IMG/VR virus record: IMGVR_UViG_3300028045_000001
Coordinates: 1-64,000 of that record
DNA: 64,000 bases
Reading direction: 5' to 3' (one strand)
Shown: positions 1-10,509 of the stretch, in pieces
Layout: each line of letters begins with the position of its first letter
How positions within the stretch are numbered: position 1 is the first letter of the stretch
Made by a program: the position numbers and the translations under genes
Notes under the pieces: model-generated
Database searches by the model: none
Told to the model about the DNA's origin: nothing
What the model saw: the letters and a program-made list of their open reading frames with translations, nothing else

Positions 1-5
1 CTATC

Positions 6-248
6 ATGAAAAATCTATTCGATAACGAAACCGATGATCAAAAAAGGCGAAGACTGCATATACAAGAAGATGGATTTGATCTAATGCAATTCCTCATCAA
101 TGCCTCAGATAATATGGAAGTGCGCACCCCCTCTTATAAAGAGGAGACTGCATTTTCCAAATACATTGAGGAGTATAACCTTGATGATGAGTTTAAGCAA
201 CTGGCTGAGGAATTCGGCGAGTTAGATCCAGAATTCTTTAAAGTATGA
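6..248 (+). CDS. hypothetical acidic protein
   Basis: 80-aa ORF at the window edge, co-oriented with the helicase; no motif recognised. Confidence 0.5.
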   Translation: MKNLFDNETDDQKRRRLHIQEDGFDLMQFLINASDNMEVRTPSYKEETAFSKYIEEYNLDDEFKQLAEEFGELDPEFFKV

Positions 249-291
249 AGTATATCCATAACTCCGAACTTGTTGAGGTTAGAGATTAAAT

Positions 292-2286
292 ATGTTCTTT
301 AAAAAAATCACTCAGGCTGGTAATAAGATCATCATAAAGGGATTTCCTATTCGATCGTTTAGTGTTAGATTGAGTAGGAGATATAAGACCAGTAGGCTCA
401 AACATCTATATGAGTCCCTAGGTGTCTCCTTTGGGGGCAAAGGCACTATCAAGATACATGTTTTCTTTTTACCTGAACTTGTCTACTTACTTCGTAGGAT
501 GAACTTTCCGGTACGACTTATACAAGAGATAATCAACAATACCTGGCTAAATAAAGTAGATGAAGAGATTAAGAACAGGGTTGATATAAGTCGTATTAAA
601 AAAGAGATGCATTGTACTCCGTTGCATTATCAATTGGAATTTTTAAATAAGTATGATTTATACAAACAACAATACCAATTGTTTGGTTATCTACTGAGCC
701 TTGATCAAGGACTTGGCAAGACATTAACTGCACTCATGTTGATGACTTGCCTTAGGAAAAAGATAGTTATTATTGTAGCACCCAATAATACACTCAATAC
801 TGTATGGGTAGCACATATAAAGGAATGGTATAAGTCTGAGAAGAAGATCTTCGTTGCCAATGAAGGTAAAGAATTAGATACTTCGTACGACTATTACATT
901 TTCAATTATGAGGCTATCCCCAAATTGGACCCTCTCGTTAGGATGCTTCGCGGAAGGGGAAAAGAGATAGGAATTATTATCGATGAGAGTCATAATTTCT
1001 TACGATTAGAAGCCGCCAGAACAACCAATGTAGTGGAGCTTCGTAGGAACCTTAACTGCGAAGATATGTTACCCATGTCTGGCACTCCATTAAAAAATGC
1101 TGGGTTGGAAATCATTCCGATACTTCTAATGATAGACAAGTATTTTGATGCTGAGGCAATGGCGATATTCAAAAAAGCATTTGGATTGAATACTAATATC
1201 GGTACAGACATACTAAGTGCCCGTCTTAGTACTATGATGTATAGGAAGATCAAAGAAGATGTTATCAAGCTCCCACAAAAAACAGAGGAGATCCGTAAGA
1301 TAAAAATGCGTACAGGGAAAGAGTACACATTCGCCGTAATTAGAAAAGAAATAAAGGAATTTATAGCTGATCGACTTAAATACCATAATGCTCGAAAAGG
1401 CAAATACGAGTCTGACTTCTACAGCGTCATGGACTATTTGCGCAAGCTTCCAAAATTTAAAAACGATCCTGAGTTTAAATTTTATCTGGATACCATAGCG
1501 GACTTTCAGACTCGTGATGTTAGCATGATGAACCCGAATGATGCTGAGTTAGTTAAGCGGGTGAATGAGTATGAAAAACATATCATTATCCCAGCGCTCC
1601 CAGCAGAATACAAAAAAAAGTTCAATAGTTCTAAGGCTGCTGTGAAGTACCTCATGCTTAAAATAAATGGTGAGGTGATAGGTAGCTACCTAATGGGTAA
1701 GCGCATAAAGATGACAACTGAATTAGCAGAGGCTGCGAACCTAACTGGCATAGTCGATGAATCAATTAAGAAGACAGTTTTCTTTACATCGTATGTTAAC
1801 ACAATAGAAACCGTGCAGTTGTACTTTGTAAAGCGTGGGTATAAGGTAATTGCGGTTTATGGAAAAACCTCATCTCAAGTAAAAGAAATGGTTCATAATT
1901 TTCAAACCAATGAAAAAGCCAATCCCATGGTCGCCAGTATTGATATGATGGCCACTGGTGTAACATTGACTGCAGCATCGACTGTTGCATTTTTAAATAG
2001 ACCATTTAGAGATATCCATAAAAGGCAGGCCTCCGACAGGATACATCGCATCGGACAAGATACTGATTGTACGATAATCATCATTGAATTAGATACTGGG
2101 GATAAATATAATCTATCCACCAGAATGGCGGACATCCTGCAAGAAAGTAAGATATTTTTTGACAGCGTTGTTGCTGGCACTACTGTCCAAGAAAAAATAG
2201 AAATAATAATAAATCTTGATGGCAACTATCATAAGGGTAAGGCTGCGATAAAAGCAAAGCGAGAACCCGATGAGGTGGTGGTTTAA
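292..2286 (+). CDS. SNF2/SF2-family helicase-ATPase (phiKZ-like)
   Basis: Motif I LDQGLGKT, motif II IIIDESH, motif III MSGTP, motif V MMATGVTL, motif VI QASDRIHRIGQ. Confidence 0.9.
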   Translation: MFFKKITQAGNKIIIKGFPIRSFSVRLSRRYKTSRLKHLYESLGVSFGGKGTIKIHVFFLPELVYLLRRMNFPVRLIQEIINNTWLNKVDEEIKNRVDISRIKKEMHCTPLHYQLEFLNKYDLYKQQYQLFGYLLSLDQGLGKTLTALMLMTCLRKKIVIIVAPNNTLNTVWVAHIKEWYKSEKKIFVANEGKELDTSYDYYIFNYEAIPKLDPLVRMLRGRGKEIGIIIDESHNFLRLEAARTTNVVELRRNLNCEDMLPMSGTPLKNAGLEIIPILLMIDKYFDAEAMAIFKKAFGLNTNIGTDILSARLSTMMYRKIKEDVIKLPQKTEEIRKIKMRTGKEYTFAVIRKEIKEFIADRLKYHNARKGKYESDFYSVMDYLRKLPKFKNDPEFKFYLDTIADFQTRDVSMMNPNDAELVKRVNEYEKHIIIPALPAEYKKKFNSSKAAVKYLMLKINGEVIGSYLMGKRIKMTTELAEAANLTGIVDESIKKTVFFTSYVNTIETVQLYFVKRGYKVIAVYGKTSSQVKEMVHNFQTNEKANPMVASIDMMATGVTLTAASTVAFLNRPFRDIHKRQASDRIHRIGQDTDCTIIIIELDTGDKYNLSTRMADILQESKIFFDSVVAGTTVQEKIEIIINLDGNYHKGKAAIKAKREPDEVVV

Positions 2287-2335
2287 ATTTAGATGGCTGA
2301 CCTCAATGAAGTTACAAATATAGGAGCTTATCTGT

Positions 2336-3355
2336 ATGGCTAAAAATATAATTGAAAAGATCCGGTCTATTGCGCCAAGCATAGGCGATATCGTGCTTGA
2401 AGATCGGGACTTAGGTGTCAACAATGACATAATCGAATTGATGGCTATCCAAGAAAACATTACAACGTTATATGACTTAAGGGAGAATATAGAAAAGTAC
2501 GGATTCACCCAACAGATAGCAGATTATGCAAAACAGATCGGCTGTATGGAGTTGTTTAACGACACAACAGTATCTCTTCAGAGTTTTATTGATGTTGGCG
2601 ATGATGCAGATGCCACAAAAGAGATAGTGTTAAATGGGATCGGCGGAGCCATTAAAACTGGTGCAGAAAAAATCAGAAAGCTTATCGCAGCTATAATAGT
2701 CAGGTTCAAATCACTGTTTAAAAGCGAGACCGCATGGGAGAAGTACACTAATGAGTTAGAAATTATAGGAGAGGAGTTATTCGAAAAGTTTGATTGGGGG
2801 AAAATTAACCCATTTTCAGTTGGAATAGCCCGTGTTATAAAAATGCCTGTAAGTATAAACTTTCATAAGGCCATATTGTCTTGGGATCCAAGGGAGCTAA
2901 TAAATTTATTTGACCCAACCAGGGTAACGACAACTGCGGATATCCCAAACACTATGAAGGTATGCGATGCCCTCTACATCATTGTTGCTAATAATTTAGG
3001 CACTATCTCATATGACAAATCTCTTGAAAAACAAAAGATCGATAAGCCTACATTCGGGGATCTTAAATTTAAGCGACACTTCAAAGATTATTATTCTGCT
3101 GTAAGTGACTCGGTGGAACATATGAAATCATTGAACACATACGCTAGTGAGATAGTTGGAGCCGTAGAGGAGTTTAAAGACGATCTACGAAAATTAACTG
3201 ACGAGGAGTTGGTTAAAAGGATTAGATATAAAACCCTCGTTGAGATTTGGCTGCTAAATGAACTAACGAATAATATAGTCAAGCTTGCCAGCATCGACAC
3301 TGCAGTTGCTATCGCTATATTCAAGTCACTCATAAAAGTTAGCAAGAAAGGGTAA
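2336..3355 (+). CDS. internal head/virion protein (phiKZ gp93-97-like paralog family)
   Basis: Acidic propeptide-like N-terminus, VSLQ motif, then amphipathic helix (IGGAIKTGAEKIRKLIAAII); N-terminus alignable by eye with ORFs at 3378, 35714 and 38822. Confidence 0.6.
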   Translation: MAKNIIEKIRSIAPSIGDIVLEDRDLGVNNDIIELMAIQENITTLYDLRENIEKYGFTQQIADYAKQIGCMELFNDTTVSLQSFIDVGDDADATKEIVLNGIGGAIKTGAEKIRKLIAAIIVRFKSLFKSETAWEKYTNELEIIGEELFEKFDWGKINPFSVGIARVIKMPVSINFHKAILSWDPRELINLFDPTRVTTTADIPNTMKVCDALYIIVANNLGTISYDKSLEKQKIDKPTFGDLKFKRHFKDYYSAVSDSVEHMKSLNTYASEIVGAVEEFKDDLRKLTDEELVKRIRYKTLVEIWLLNELTNNIVKLASIDTAVAIAIFKSLIKVSKKG

Positions 3356-3377
3356 CCCACCTACTACGGAGATACTA

Positions 3378-4550
3378 ATGATGCGATCAATAATACCACA
3401 CTTGACAAAAGACTATAGCGTCTACGAAACACCCAATGCTCACCTAATTGAATTAAGTGAGATTCTGGAGGAAGTGCGACAAGATAAAAGAGAGGAGCTA
3501 AAGTTACAAAAAGAATTAGGGGAAATTGAACATCTAAAGGATACAATTAAGGAATTTGGTTTAACACCCTCTTTGGCTAAATATCTTAAATTAAATGGCG
3601 GAGATGCGCTATTTAATCCAGACCATGGGATATCGTTAAAGGGATATATTGATGATTTATATTCTATGGAAGCCACTCAAGAAATAGTTATGAGCGGGCT
3701 ATCCGATACAATAGGTGGTATTCGTCAAAGAATTAAAGATAGAGTTGGTGCGATAAAAAAAAAGTGGTCAGATTTTATAAAGGGAAAATGGGCACTACAG
3801 GCTGAAGGAATATTGGAGTATATAAAAAAGGTTAGATTCATTTTACAGAATGATTTCGATTGGAGTTCCGTCGAAGATAAGAAAATGGAAGCCGTCGTTC
3901 ATCCGAAAGATATACTTGCTTATTTTCAAAAACACAGCGATTATGATGCATCTCCCTGGACGCAATTAATTAATGATATGTTGGTACAATTCGACAATTC
4001 TGTCCCACATGCTAAGGCGTTAGATGCAACGCAATTGAATAAATTAATTGGGTCGTTCAAAGATATCATTACTATAAAAATTGATAGTAAAGTATGGTGT
4101 GGGGCAACGGTGTCTCCTACAAAAAAATACGAGGTGAATGGACCCCTAACTTTAAAAAATGTCAAACTAAAAAATTTAGCTATCAGAAAGCATGCATTGT
4201 CTTTATTGGAATCTATAGAGGGTATATACCGAGGCCTTCTGCCTCCTCAGGCTGAATTAAACGAAAGGTACCCCGACTCCAGTACTATTCCGGTGGCGGT
4301 AACTAATTTTTCGTCTTTTTACGATGCAGTAGCAAAATATTATAAAAAAATGCAGGACCGGTATGTATGGGCCGGCGACCCAGACAAGAAGGACTTCGAA
4401 CGTGCAGCCGCATTGTCTCTTGAAAGTATAGTAGTTATGCAGGGTAACTTTGATTATTGGGTCACAGAGCTTTTGCTCAATTATATAAAACATGGTCTGT
4501 CCATATTTCAAAAACTCACAACCGAAGAATTTACACTTTACGAACAATGA
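3378..4550 (+). CDS. internal head/virion protein paralog
   Basis: Shares IxxxGL...LF...SLxG.ID...E..M.G N-terminal pattern with ORFs at 2336, 35714 and 38822. Confidence 0.6.
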   Translation: MMRSIIPHLTKDYSVYETPNAHLIELSEILEEVRQDKREELKLQKELGEIEHLKDTIKEFGLTPSLAKYLKLNGGDALFNPDHGISLKGYIDDLYSMEATQEIVMSGLSDTIGGIRQRIKDRVGAIKKKWSDFIKGKWALQAEGILEYIKKVRFILQNDFDWSSVEDKKMEAVVHPKDILAYFQKHSDYDASPWTQLINDMLVQFDNSVPHAKALDATQLNKLIGSFKDIITIKIDSKVWCGATVSPTKKYEVNGPLTLKNVKLKNLAIRKHALSLLESIEGIYRGLLPPQAELNERYPDSSTIPVAVTNFSSFYDAVAKYYKKMQDRYVWAGDPDKKDFERAAALSLESIVVMQGNFDYWVTELLLNYIKHGLSIFQKLTTEEFTLYEQ

Positions 4551-4604
4551 AGCATACGGCATCTTTTTTTAATTAGTTTAAACGTTTGTTTATATTTAAT
4601 CACC

Positions 4605-4636
4605 TACACCCACGGGAGAGACCTCCCGTGGGTGTA
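4605..4636 (+). terminator. intergenic hairpin, likely intrinsic terminator
   Basis: 14-bp stem tacacccacgggag/ctcccgtgggtgta, 4-nt loop, followed by T-rich run. Confidence 0.75.
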
Positions 4637-4667
4637 TTATTTTTATTCCTCAATACTTTTTTATTTA

Positions 4668-4675
4668 TATATTAC
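4668..4675 (+). promoter_or_regulatory. phiKZ-type early promoter motif TATATTAC
   Basis: Exact TATATTAC in AT-rich intergenic DNA after a hairpin; matches the published phiKZ early consensus. Confidence 0.6.
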
Positions 4676-4774
4676 TGTAATAGTACATATAGTAATTTTA
4701 GTTTTATTAATCTAATAGGGTTTGGGGGTATAGGTGTCGTGAATAGCGCAGCGTTAGATCAAAGTGAGTTCAAT

Positions 4775-5398
4775 ATGAAACACATCCAGGAATCATTGCC
4801 AGCCCAAGGCAAGCCTAAATTTATTTGTAGGATATGGCGTGATGGGGGAATGGTATTCTATAGGACGTTCGAATATGATGCTCAAAATAAAGAGCAGCAG
4901 AGAATTGTTGCACAAAAAACGGTTAGGGCTTTTTTAACTGACCGCAACGAAGCACATACTCTACTGAAAGGGAGCAACTTTAGAAAGTTTCGCACATCTA
5001 CATCGGCACGTAGTAAGTACGATCAAGTGGGGGTATTTCGAAGTATGGGCTCCAAGCGACGATCCCCTTCTTACTCTGGCCATATCAGTTATGACAAACT
5101 ACATATAGCGATATCGTACTCTGAGAAATTTTTTAGTGAGCCCCTTGCGTACGAACTCGCAGTGAAGACTGCTAAAATGTTAAGAGTATACTTTAGTATA
5201 AAGGACGATAGTGATGAGCATGTAGAAAAATTATGGGAGTATCAATCCTTTAAAGCAGCCCGTAAAAATTTTAGAAAAATGGAAACTAAGCAACAGGCGA
5301 TAGAAGAGATCGTGGACAAATTAGAAGAATTAATAGCCTATTGTGATGAGCGGAGGAGTAACGATGTTAAGAGTAGAGAGAAAAGTACAATTGATTGA
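4775..5398 (+). CDS. hypothetical basic protein, possibly tandem AP2-like DNA-binding domains
   Basis: GV...Y.GHI...ISYS.K....A..LA pattern resembles AP2 domains; the ORF-track start at 4586 runs through the hairpin and promoter, so the start was moved. Confidence 0.35.
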   Translation: MKHIQESLPAQGKPKFICRIWRDGGMVFYRTFEYDAQNKEQQRIVAQKTVRAFLTDRNEAHTLLKGSNFRKFRTSTSARSKYDQVGVFRSMGSKRRSPSYSGHISYDKLHIAISYSEKFFSEPLAYELAVKTAKMLRVYFSIKDDSDEHVEKLWEYQSFKAARKNFRKMETKQQAIEEIVDKLEELIAYCDERRSNDVKSREKSTID

Positions 5399-6458
5399 AT
5401 TCCCAATTGTAGTTGATAATGGAACTGAATGGATTATTAAGAAAGGCGTTAGGTCTGAAAATTTCGTAAGGAATTGCGAATGCCCATCTGATCAAAATCC
5501 AACTCCTGAATGTGGGGAGTGGATTTCAACTAATTTAATAAATGGAGCAGATTATTTTGAGATGTATCATCACTATGTTGATTTTACAGTAAAGAAAAAT
5601 ACTCAGGATATCATATCAGCATGTCCGCTGATATCCGCACCATCTGCATATAATCCAGACAGCCCATCTAATTTATTAGACTATACCATCGAAGCATTAT
5701 GCGTCACAGATGTGATACCAAAAAAGACTTATGCGGGGGATGGGTATATCGGAGACCTATTTTTATATACAATAGAAATAGCGAATAACCATAGGTACGA
5801 TCCAAAAGAAGGAGCTAATTCGAAAAGGCCTCTGTCATACAAAGTATTAGTTGATGAAAAAAAATTATTCGAATGTGAGCCGATTGATTGTTCACTTACC
5901 GGACACAGGTTATGTATTAAAGACAACGACGAAGACCCCTATCAAATAGGCGCGGGTCACTGTTGCGATATGCAGTACCTTGGACACGAAGTGCACGATA
6001 ACTACATTAACGATCATAGTACAATCTGGTGTAGAGTAATGAATGGTGTCAACGATCACTCTATAGTGGGGTATTATCATGACGGTATTTTCTATAAATT
6101 AAAAAGCTTTAGTACATCGTCATCTACATTGTTTGGAGAACTTATTCCAGGTAACGGCAAACTCATCAACGATAGCAACGATGGCGAACACTCTGTGCGC
6201 GTCACAGGAAACCATGTGATCTTATGCTACAAAGATACTTTACATGTAGAACAAAACAAGGCGTTTTTAAATGGTGAGATTGTATGCGATGGGACACTCG
6301 CAAAAGATAAGGATGCGTGGGGAATACTATCCGACGACTATAGTCCGGGTTGGAAAAGGGGAGTTGTGAAATTGTTTCCAGATATAATTAGAATTGAAAC
6401 GATCAATGTATCGGTACTCTTAGAAACAAGGGGTGCTTACACAGTCACATTTCGTTAA
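5343..6458 (+). CDS. hypothetical Cys-rich protein
   Basis: 371-aa ORF overlapping the end of the previous gene; no family recognised; true start may be TTG at 5391. Confidence 0.6.
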   Translation: MMSGGVTMLRVERKVQLIEFPIVVDNGTEWIIKKGVRSENFVRNCECPSDQNPTPECGEWISTNLINGADYFEMYHHYVDFTVKKNTQDIISACPLISAPSAYNPDSPSNLLDYTIEALCVTDVIPKKTYAGDGYIGDLFLYTIEIANNHRYDPKEGANSKRPLSYKVLVDEKKLFECEPIDCSLTGHRLCIKDNDEDPYQIGAGHCCDMQYLGHEVHDNYINDHSTIWCRVMNGVNDHSIVGYYHDGIFYKLKSFSTSSSTLFGELIPGNGKLINDSNDGEHSVRVTGNHVILCYKDTLHVEQNKAFLNGEIVCDGTLAKDKDAWGILSDDYSPGWKRGVVKLFPDIIRIETINVSVLLETRGAYTVTFR

Positions 6459-6490
6459 TACATTACAGATAACTAAATACGGAGATTGGT

Positions 6491-6832
6491 ATGATACAAG
6501 GCGTACACATTTTAAGTCACCTAATTGGAGATTTTTTATTACAGAATGATTGGATGGCCAAACATAAAAAAGAATCCAGTCTTATTTGCTTTATTCATGC
6601 AGCTTGTTACATGATTCCATTTTTGTTGTTTTGTAACTTGAGTTTAATGCAATCTCTTCTTATAGGTCTCCAGCATTTTATTCAAGATAGAACTTATATA
6701 GTTAACTACTTTATGACCATTGCAGGAAAATCGGAATTTGCTAAACCGCCACTAAGTCCTTGGTCTATATTTGTCGTAGATAATACTTTTCATCTTTTAT
6801 TTATTCAATTAATTTTAATGTTTGTAATTTAA
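6491..6832 (+). CDS. DUF3307-like membrane protein
   Basis: SHLIGDFLLQ...K...H...HFIQD...DNTFHL conserved His/Asp pattern in hydrophobic helices. Confidence 0.7.
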   Translation: MIQGVHILSHLIGDFLLQNDWMAKHKKESSLICFIHAACYMIPFLLFCNLSLMQSLLIGLQHFIQDRTYIVNYFMTIAGKSEFAKPPLSPWSIFVVDNTFHLLFIQLILMFVI

Positions 6833-6862
6833 CTACGAGGTGGACTGAGCCCACCTCGTTAG
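6833..6862 (+). terminator. intergenic hairpin
   Basis: acgaggtgg/ccacctcgt stem immediately after the stop codon. Confidence 0.6.
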
Positions 6863-6922
6863 AAAAACAGAGTGTTGTATTTGATGCCAGTAATTAATTT
6901 TTAAATAGCAAGGGAGATCTCT

Positions 6923-7486
6923 ATGGCGTACTACTATTGTGAAAAGTGTGGCAATTTAATCGAATCGAGAACGGCTATAGTGAATTGTCAAAATACAGAC
7001 TGTTTAAATTCACAATCCTCTGTAGACATGTATCAGATTGATGATTTATTTGTGGAATTAATTACAGGATTACATAGCCGAGGGATCCCAACTACCGGCT
7101 GTTGTTCTGGACACATCCATAATGTTACAGAACTCATTAACCCATATGTTGCTTTTAAAGTTGACAATATACATGAAGACTATGTCAGAGAATTATTTAT
7201 ACCAGAAATGAATAATCTCATCTCGGAAGAATATGTGTTTAGCGTCGTACCACACAATAAGGAAGGGGGCACGTTCATTGTAAAATTAGGAGTAGTTCGT
7301 AGAGATGAGTCATATATTAAAAACAGCTTAACTCTAACTCTTTTAACCCACATAAATAATTTTTATAAATTTCTTCATATGCAACAAGTGACGACTGATT
7401 TAGATCTATTAACTACTACACAGAGTAAACGCGATTATGGAACTTATAATGCGGCCGGAGGCATACATGATCCAATTACACGATGA
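6923..7486 (+). CDS. Zn-binding CCSGH-family protein (paralog 1)
   Basis: YYCEKCG...C...C...YQIDDLFVELITGLHSRGIPTTGCCSGH. Confidence 0.65.
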   Translation: MAYYYCEKCGNLIESRTAIVNCQNTDCLNSQSSVDMYQIDDLFVELITGLHSRGIPTTGCCSGHIHNVTELINPYVAFKVDNIHEDYVRELFIPEMNNLISEEYVFSVVPHNKEGGTFIVKLGVVRRDESYIKNSLTLTLLTHINNFYKFLHMQQVTTDLDLLTTTQSKRDYGTYNAAGGIHDPITR

Positions 7487-7742
7487 CGAATTGATATGTC
7501 CCAATTGTTTAATCAGCAACTACTTCTTTATTGGAGGTGGCTCTTGGTCCCCAGATAAATGTCCAGAGTGCCGTAGGACAGACTTGCCTGGAAGCCTTAG
7601 TTCGTACGCTACTTTATCTTTTGTAAGTAAGTTTAAAGCAGCGAAATTATTTTCTAAAATGTGGAGTTGCCACCATGGCGTGCCTGATAAATTTTCTAAT
7701 AGAAAGTTTATTATGGACAATTTATGTAAGAAGAAGAAATAA
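7437..7742 (+). CDS. small zinc-ribbon protein
   Basis: CPNC...CPEC pair; exact start uncertain. Confidence 0.55.
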   Translation: MELIMRPEAYMIQLHDDELICPNCLISNYFFIGGGSWSPDKCPECRRTDLPGSLSSYATLSFVSKFKAAKLFSKMWSCHHGVPDKFSNRKFIMDNLCKKKK

Positions 7743-7823
7743 TAATTGTGTCCGGATATAACTGGAATAAAGATGATGGAAGTTAATTAGTAAGTACAAA
7801 AAAATAAAACTTAGGGGGAATAC

Positions 7824-8060
7824 ATGAAAACTGCAAACAAACCTTCATTGCAGGCTGTGGAAGCAATAAAGCATATGACCGATTTCCAAGTACAATTCAG
7901 ATGGGTGGTAGAAGATTTAGATAAACGAGCAGATCTTCTGCAAGCAAAGATGGAATTTACTAATCGAAGAACAGCATACCTTTCGCGAAAAATGAAATCT
8001 ATGGAGCGTACACTAAAAGCGCTCCGCCTAAAGCGCCTTTCCAAAAGTAATAGATGTTAA
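7824..8060 (+). CDS. small coiled-coil protein
   Basis: RBS gggga upstream; similar to the 8101 ORF. Confidence 0.6.
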   Translation: MKTANKPSLQAVEAIKHMTDFQVQFRWVVEDLDKRADLLQAKMEFTNRRTAYLSRKMKSMERTLKALRLKRLSKSNRC

Positions 8061-8100
8061 GTAATTTATAAAATTTAAAAAATAAAACTTAGGAGGACAG

Positions 8101-8253
8101 ATGACAATTCATAATGAACTTCCAGCTAAGCTATTTACAGAAGCATTTATAATGCATACTGAAAACACCTTATCGCAATTTAAAGAGATATTGGATGCTC
8201 TAAGTGAACGAATGGATGTTGTGCAGGCAAGCATGGAAAAACCGATCAGATGA
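8101..8253 (+). CDS. 50-aa paralog of the 7824 ORF, overlapping the start of the DUF285 gene
   Basis: Strong RBS (aggagg); upstream aaaataaaacttagg shared with the 7824 gene; TGA overlaps ATG at 8250. Confidence 0.55.
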   Translation: MTIHNELPAKLFTEAFIMHTENTLSQFKEILDALSERMDVVQASMEKPIR

Positions 8254-10379
8254 TCTCGGACCTTTCACATAGAATGGAATTAAATGAGGAGTATATGAAA
8301 AATCAAGAAACAGTAGTGATACCAACTTACGATAGCCAAATTTTATTGCAAACTGACATGGATGCATATAAGTTAGGATGCAAATGGGCAGTGTTAATAA
8401 TCAATAGTAGCTGCGAACTAAAGTTTGAAAACGAGATAAACCGTTCCGAAGCAGACGATCTCATATCCAATACAAAAAATATTATGCTACAAATACAAAC
8501 GACAATAGATAGTTTAGGTATACAAAAAACGATTGTACAAGACAACTCACTAATGGATGAACCAGGTATCATACGCGTAGCTCTCATAGATAAAGAAGAA
8601 GGCATCGTGGACGGAGATATCCCATTATGTATAGCGATATGCTCAGATGAAGATTTAATTGAAGCAGCCGGAATGTGGCTCACTATTGTGTATCGGTTAA
8701 AGATAGGGTGTGAGATTGATTACACTAAATCCGAAAAAGAACGACTCCCACATTTTGAATACCTTGCCACAGTACGACCTGCCAATGCGACAGACAAGGA
8801 AGATTCGACAATGCCAAGTACTTATATTCTCATCGCCCATGCTGTTGCGACTGCCCCTCGGAGTGAAGAGGAACTACGTAAGCATAAAGGTTCGTTTATA
8901 ACAAAGTGGCAAGGACAAAAGATTACCTTACCGTTAGATAAATCCGGAACATATGACTTCGAAATCCATTGGGGCGACGGTGCACACGATAAAGTCATAG
9001 GGTACGATCATAGTAGAATCTCACACACATATGCCGATGGCGAGGAGGTGCATACCATAACCATTTATGGGACTGTAGAAGGATTCGGGTTTGATTATTC
9101 ACCGGGGGCAGGCGTAGCGGATATACTCGATGTACTTCAGTGGGGAGATGTCAAGTTACATAACAACGGAGCTCAGTTTGCACATTGTACAAAGTTAAAG
9201 GGATTCAGTGCTAAGGATGTTCCGGATTTATCTGATGTTACCAATATGTGCGGTATGTTCGGTAAGGCTATTTCTTTCAACCAAGATATATCTAAATGGG
9301 ATGTAAGCAGTGTTACTAATATGGAGCAGATGTTCTGTTACGCCATAGTCTTCAATCAAAACATCTCCAATTGGGATGTGAGTAATGTTACTACTATGGC
9401 TGGCATGTTTAGAGGTGCCGCATCATTCAACCAAGATATATCCAAATGGGATGTAAGCGGTGTTACTAATATGAGGGATATGTTCCATGAGGATACTTCT
9501 TTCAATCAAGCCTTATCTAACTGGGATGTTAGTAGTGTTACCAATATGAACCGCATGTTTTATATGGCTACCTGTTTCAATCAGGAGATCTCTAAGTGGG
9601 ATGTTGGAAATGTTACCGATATGGATGGCATGTTCATGTATGCTGTATCCTTCAACCAAGATATCTCCAACTGGGATGTGAGTAGTGTTACTGGTATGGG
9701 TGCGATGTTCCAGCGAGCTTCATCCTTCGATCAAGACATATCCAAATGGGATGTTAGTAATGTTACCGATATGATGGACATGTTCCGTTGCGCCATAGTC
9801 TTTAACCAAGACATATCCAAATGGGATGTTAGTAGCGTAACTGATATGCAGGATATGTTCCATGCAGCTACATCCTTTAACCAGGATATCTCTAAGTGGG
9901 ATGTAAGCAGCGTAACTGATATGGAGGATATGTTCCATTCAGCTCCATACTTCAATCAGGATGTATCTAACTGGGACGTTAGTAGTGTTACTAATATGAA
10001 CGGCATGTTCCATGAAGCTAAGGCTTTCGATCAAGATATCTCCAAATGGAATGTCGGCAGTGTAACTGATATGCACGGGATGTTCCGAGGGGCTCTTTCC
10101 TTCGATCAAGCTATCTCTAACTGGGATGTGAGTAATGTTACCAACATGAGCGGGATGTTCTATAATGCTGTTCGTTTCGACAAATGTATATATAGCTGGG
10201 ATGTAAGCAAGGTCACTAATATGAGGTGTATGTTCTATGGGGCTACCTGTTTCAACCAGGATATTTCTGAGTGGGACGTGAGTAACGTCACTAATGTACA
10301 AAGCATAGTCGGGCTTGCTCCAAGTTTTAAGCGAAATCTCCCCAATTTTAAAGATTGCGCCAATGTGATAGTTAGATAA
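8250..10379 (+). CDS. BspA/DUF285 leucine-rich-repeat protein with PKD-like domain
   Basis: FITKW...IHWGDG domain followed by 14 full 25-aa repeats of consensus FNQDISxWDVSxVTxMxxMFxxAxS. Confidence 0.9.
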   Translation: MISDLSHRMELNEEYMKNQETVVIPTYDSQILLQTDMDAYKLGCKWAVLIINSSCELKFENEINRSEADDLISNTKNIMLQIQTTIDSLGIQKTIVQDNSLMDEPGIIRVALIDKEEGIVDGDIPLCIAICSDEDLIEAAGMWLTIVYRLKIGCEIDYTKSEKERLPHFEYLATVRPANATDKEDSTMPSTYILIAHAVATAPRSEEELRKHKGSFITKWQGQKITLPLDKSGTYDFEIHWGDGAHDKVIGYDHSRISHTYADGEEVHTITIYGTVEGFGFDYSPGAGVADILDVLQWGDVKLHNNGAQFAHCTKLKGFSAKDVPDLSDVTNMCGMFGKAISFNQDISKWDVSSVTNMEQMFCYAIVFNQNISNWDVSNVTTMAGMFRGAASFNQDISKWDVSGVTNMRDMFHEDTSFNQALSNWDVSSVTNMNRMFYMATCFNQEISKWDVGNVTDMDGMFMYAVSFNQDISNWDVSSVTGMGAMFQRASSFDQDISKWDVSNVTDMMDMFRCAIVFNQDISKWDVSSVTDMQDMFHAATSFNQDISKWDVSSVTDMEDMFHSAPYFNQDVSNWDVSSVTNMNGMFHEAKAFDQDISKWNVGSVTDMHGMFRGALSFDQAISNWDVSNVTNMSGMFYNAVRFDKCIYSWDVSKVTNMRCMFYGATCFNQDISEWDVSNVTNVQSIVGLAPSFKRNLPNFKDCANVIVR
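9274..10323 (+). repeat. 75-bp coding tandem repeat (DUF285 units)
   Basis: Recurring ttcaa(c/t)caagatat(a/c)tc..a.tgggatgt at 75-nt period; boundaries approximate. Confidence 0.8.
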
Positions 10380-10397
10380 GTTGTTTTGTACATAGGG

Positions 10398-10428
10398 CCG
10401 CTACACTGGGAATATCCCAGTGTAGCGG
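10398..10428 (+). terminator. intergenic hairpin
   Basis: 14-bp stem ccgctacactggga/tcccagtgtagcgg, then T-run. Confidence 0.75.
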
Positions 10429-10446
10429 TTCAATTTTTTATACTTA

Positions 10447-10454
10447 TATATTAC
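10447..10454 (+). promoter_or_regulatory. early promoter motif TATATTAC
   Basis: Exact motif after hairpin and T-run. Confidence 0.6.
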
Positions 10455-10509
10455 ATTTATGAAGCGCTATAAAGTTCATATAAATTTAAATACATTACAG
10501 GAGATTATT

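Noticed and set aside
9274-10323. 75-bp periodic repeats as a CRISPR array or DGR template/variable pair
   Set aside because: The repeats are in-frame coding units of a DUF285 protein with no unique spacers; variation is not adenine-specific, and no reverse transcriptase or cas gene is visible in the window
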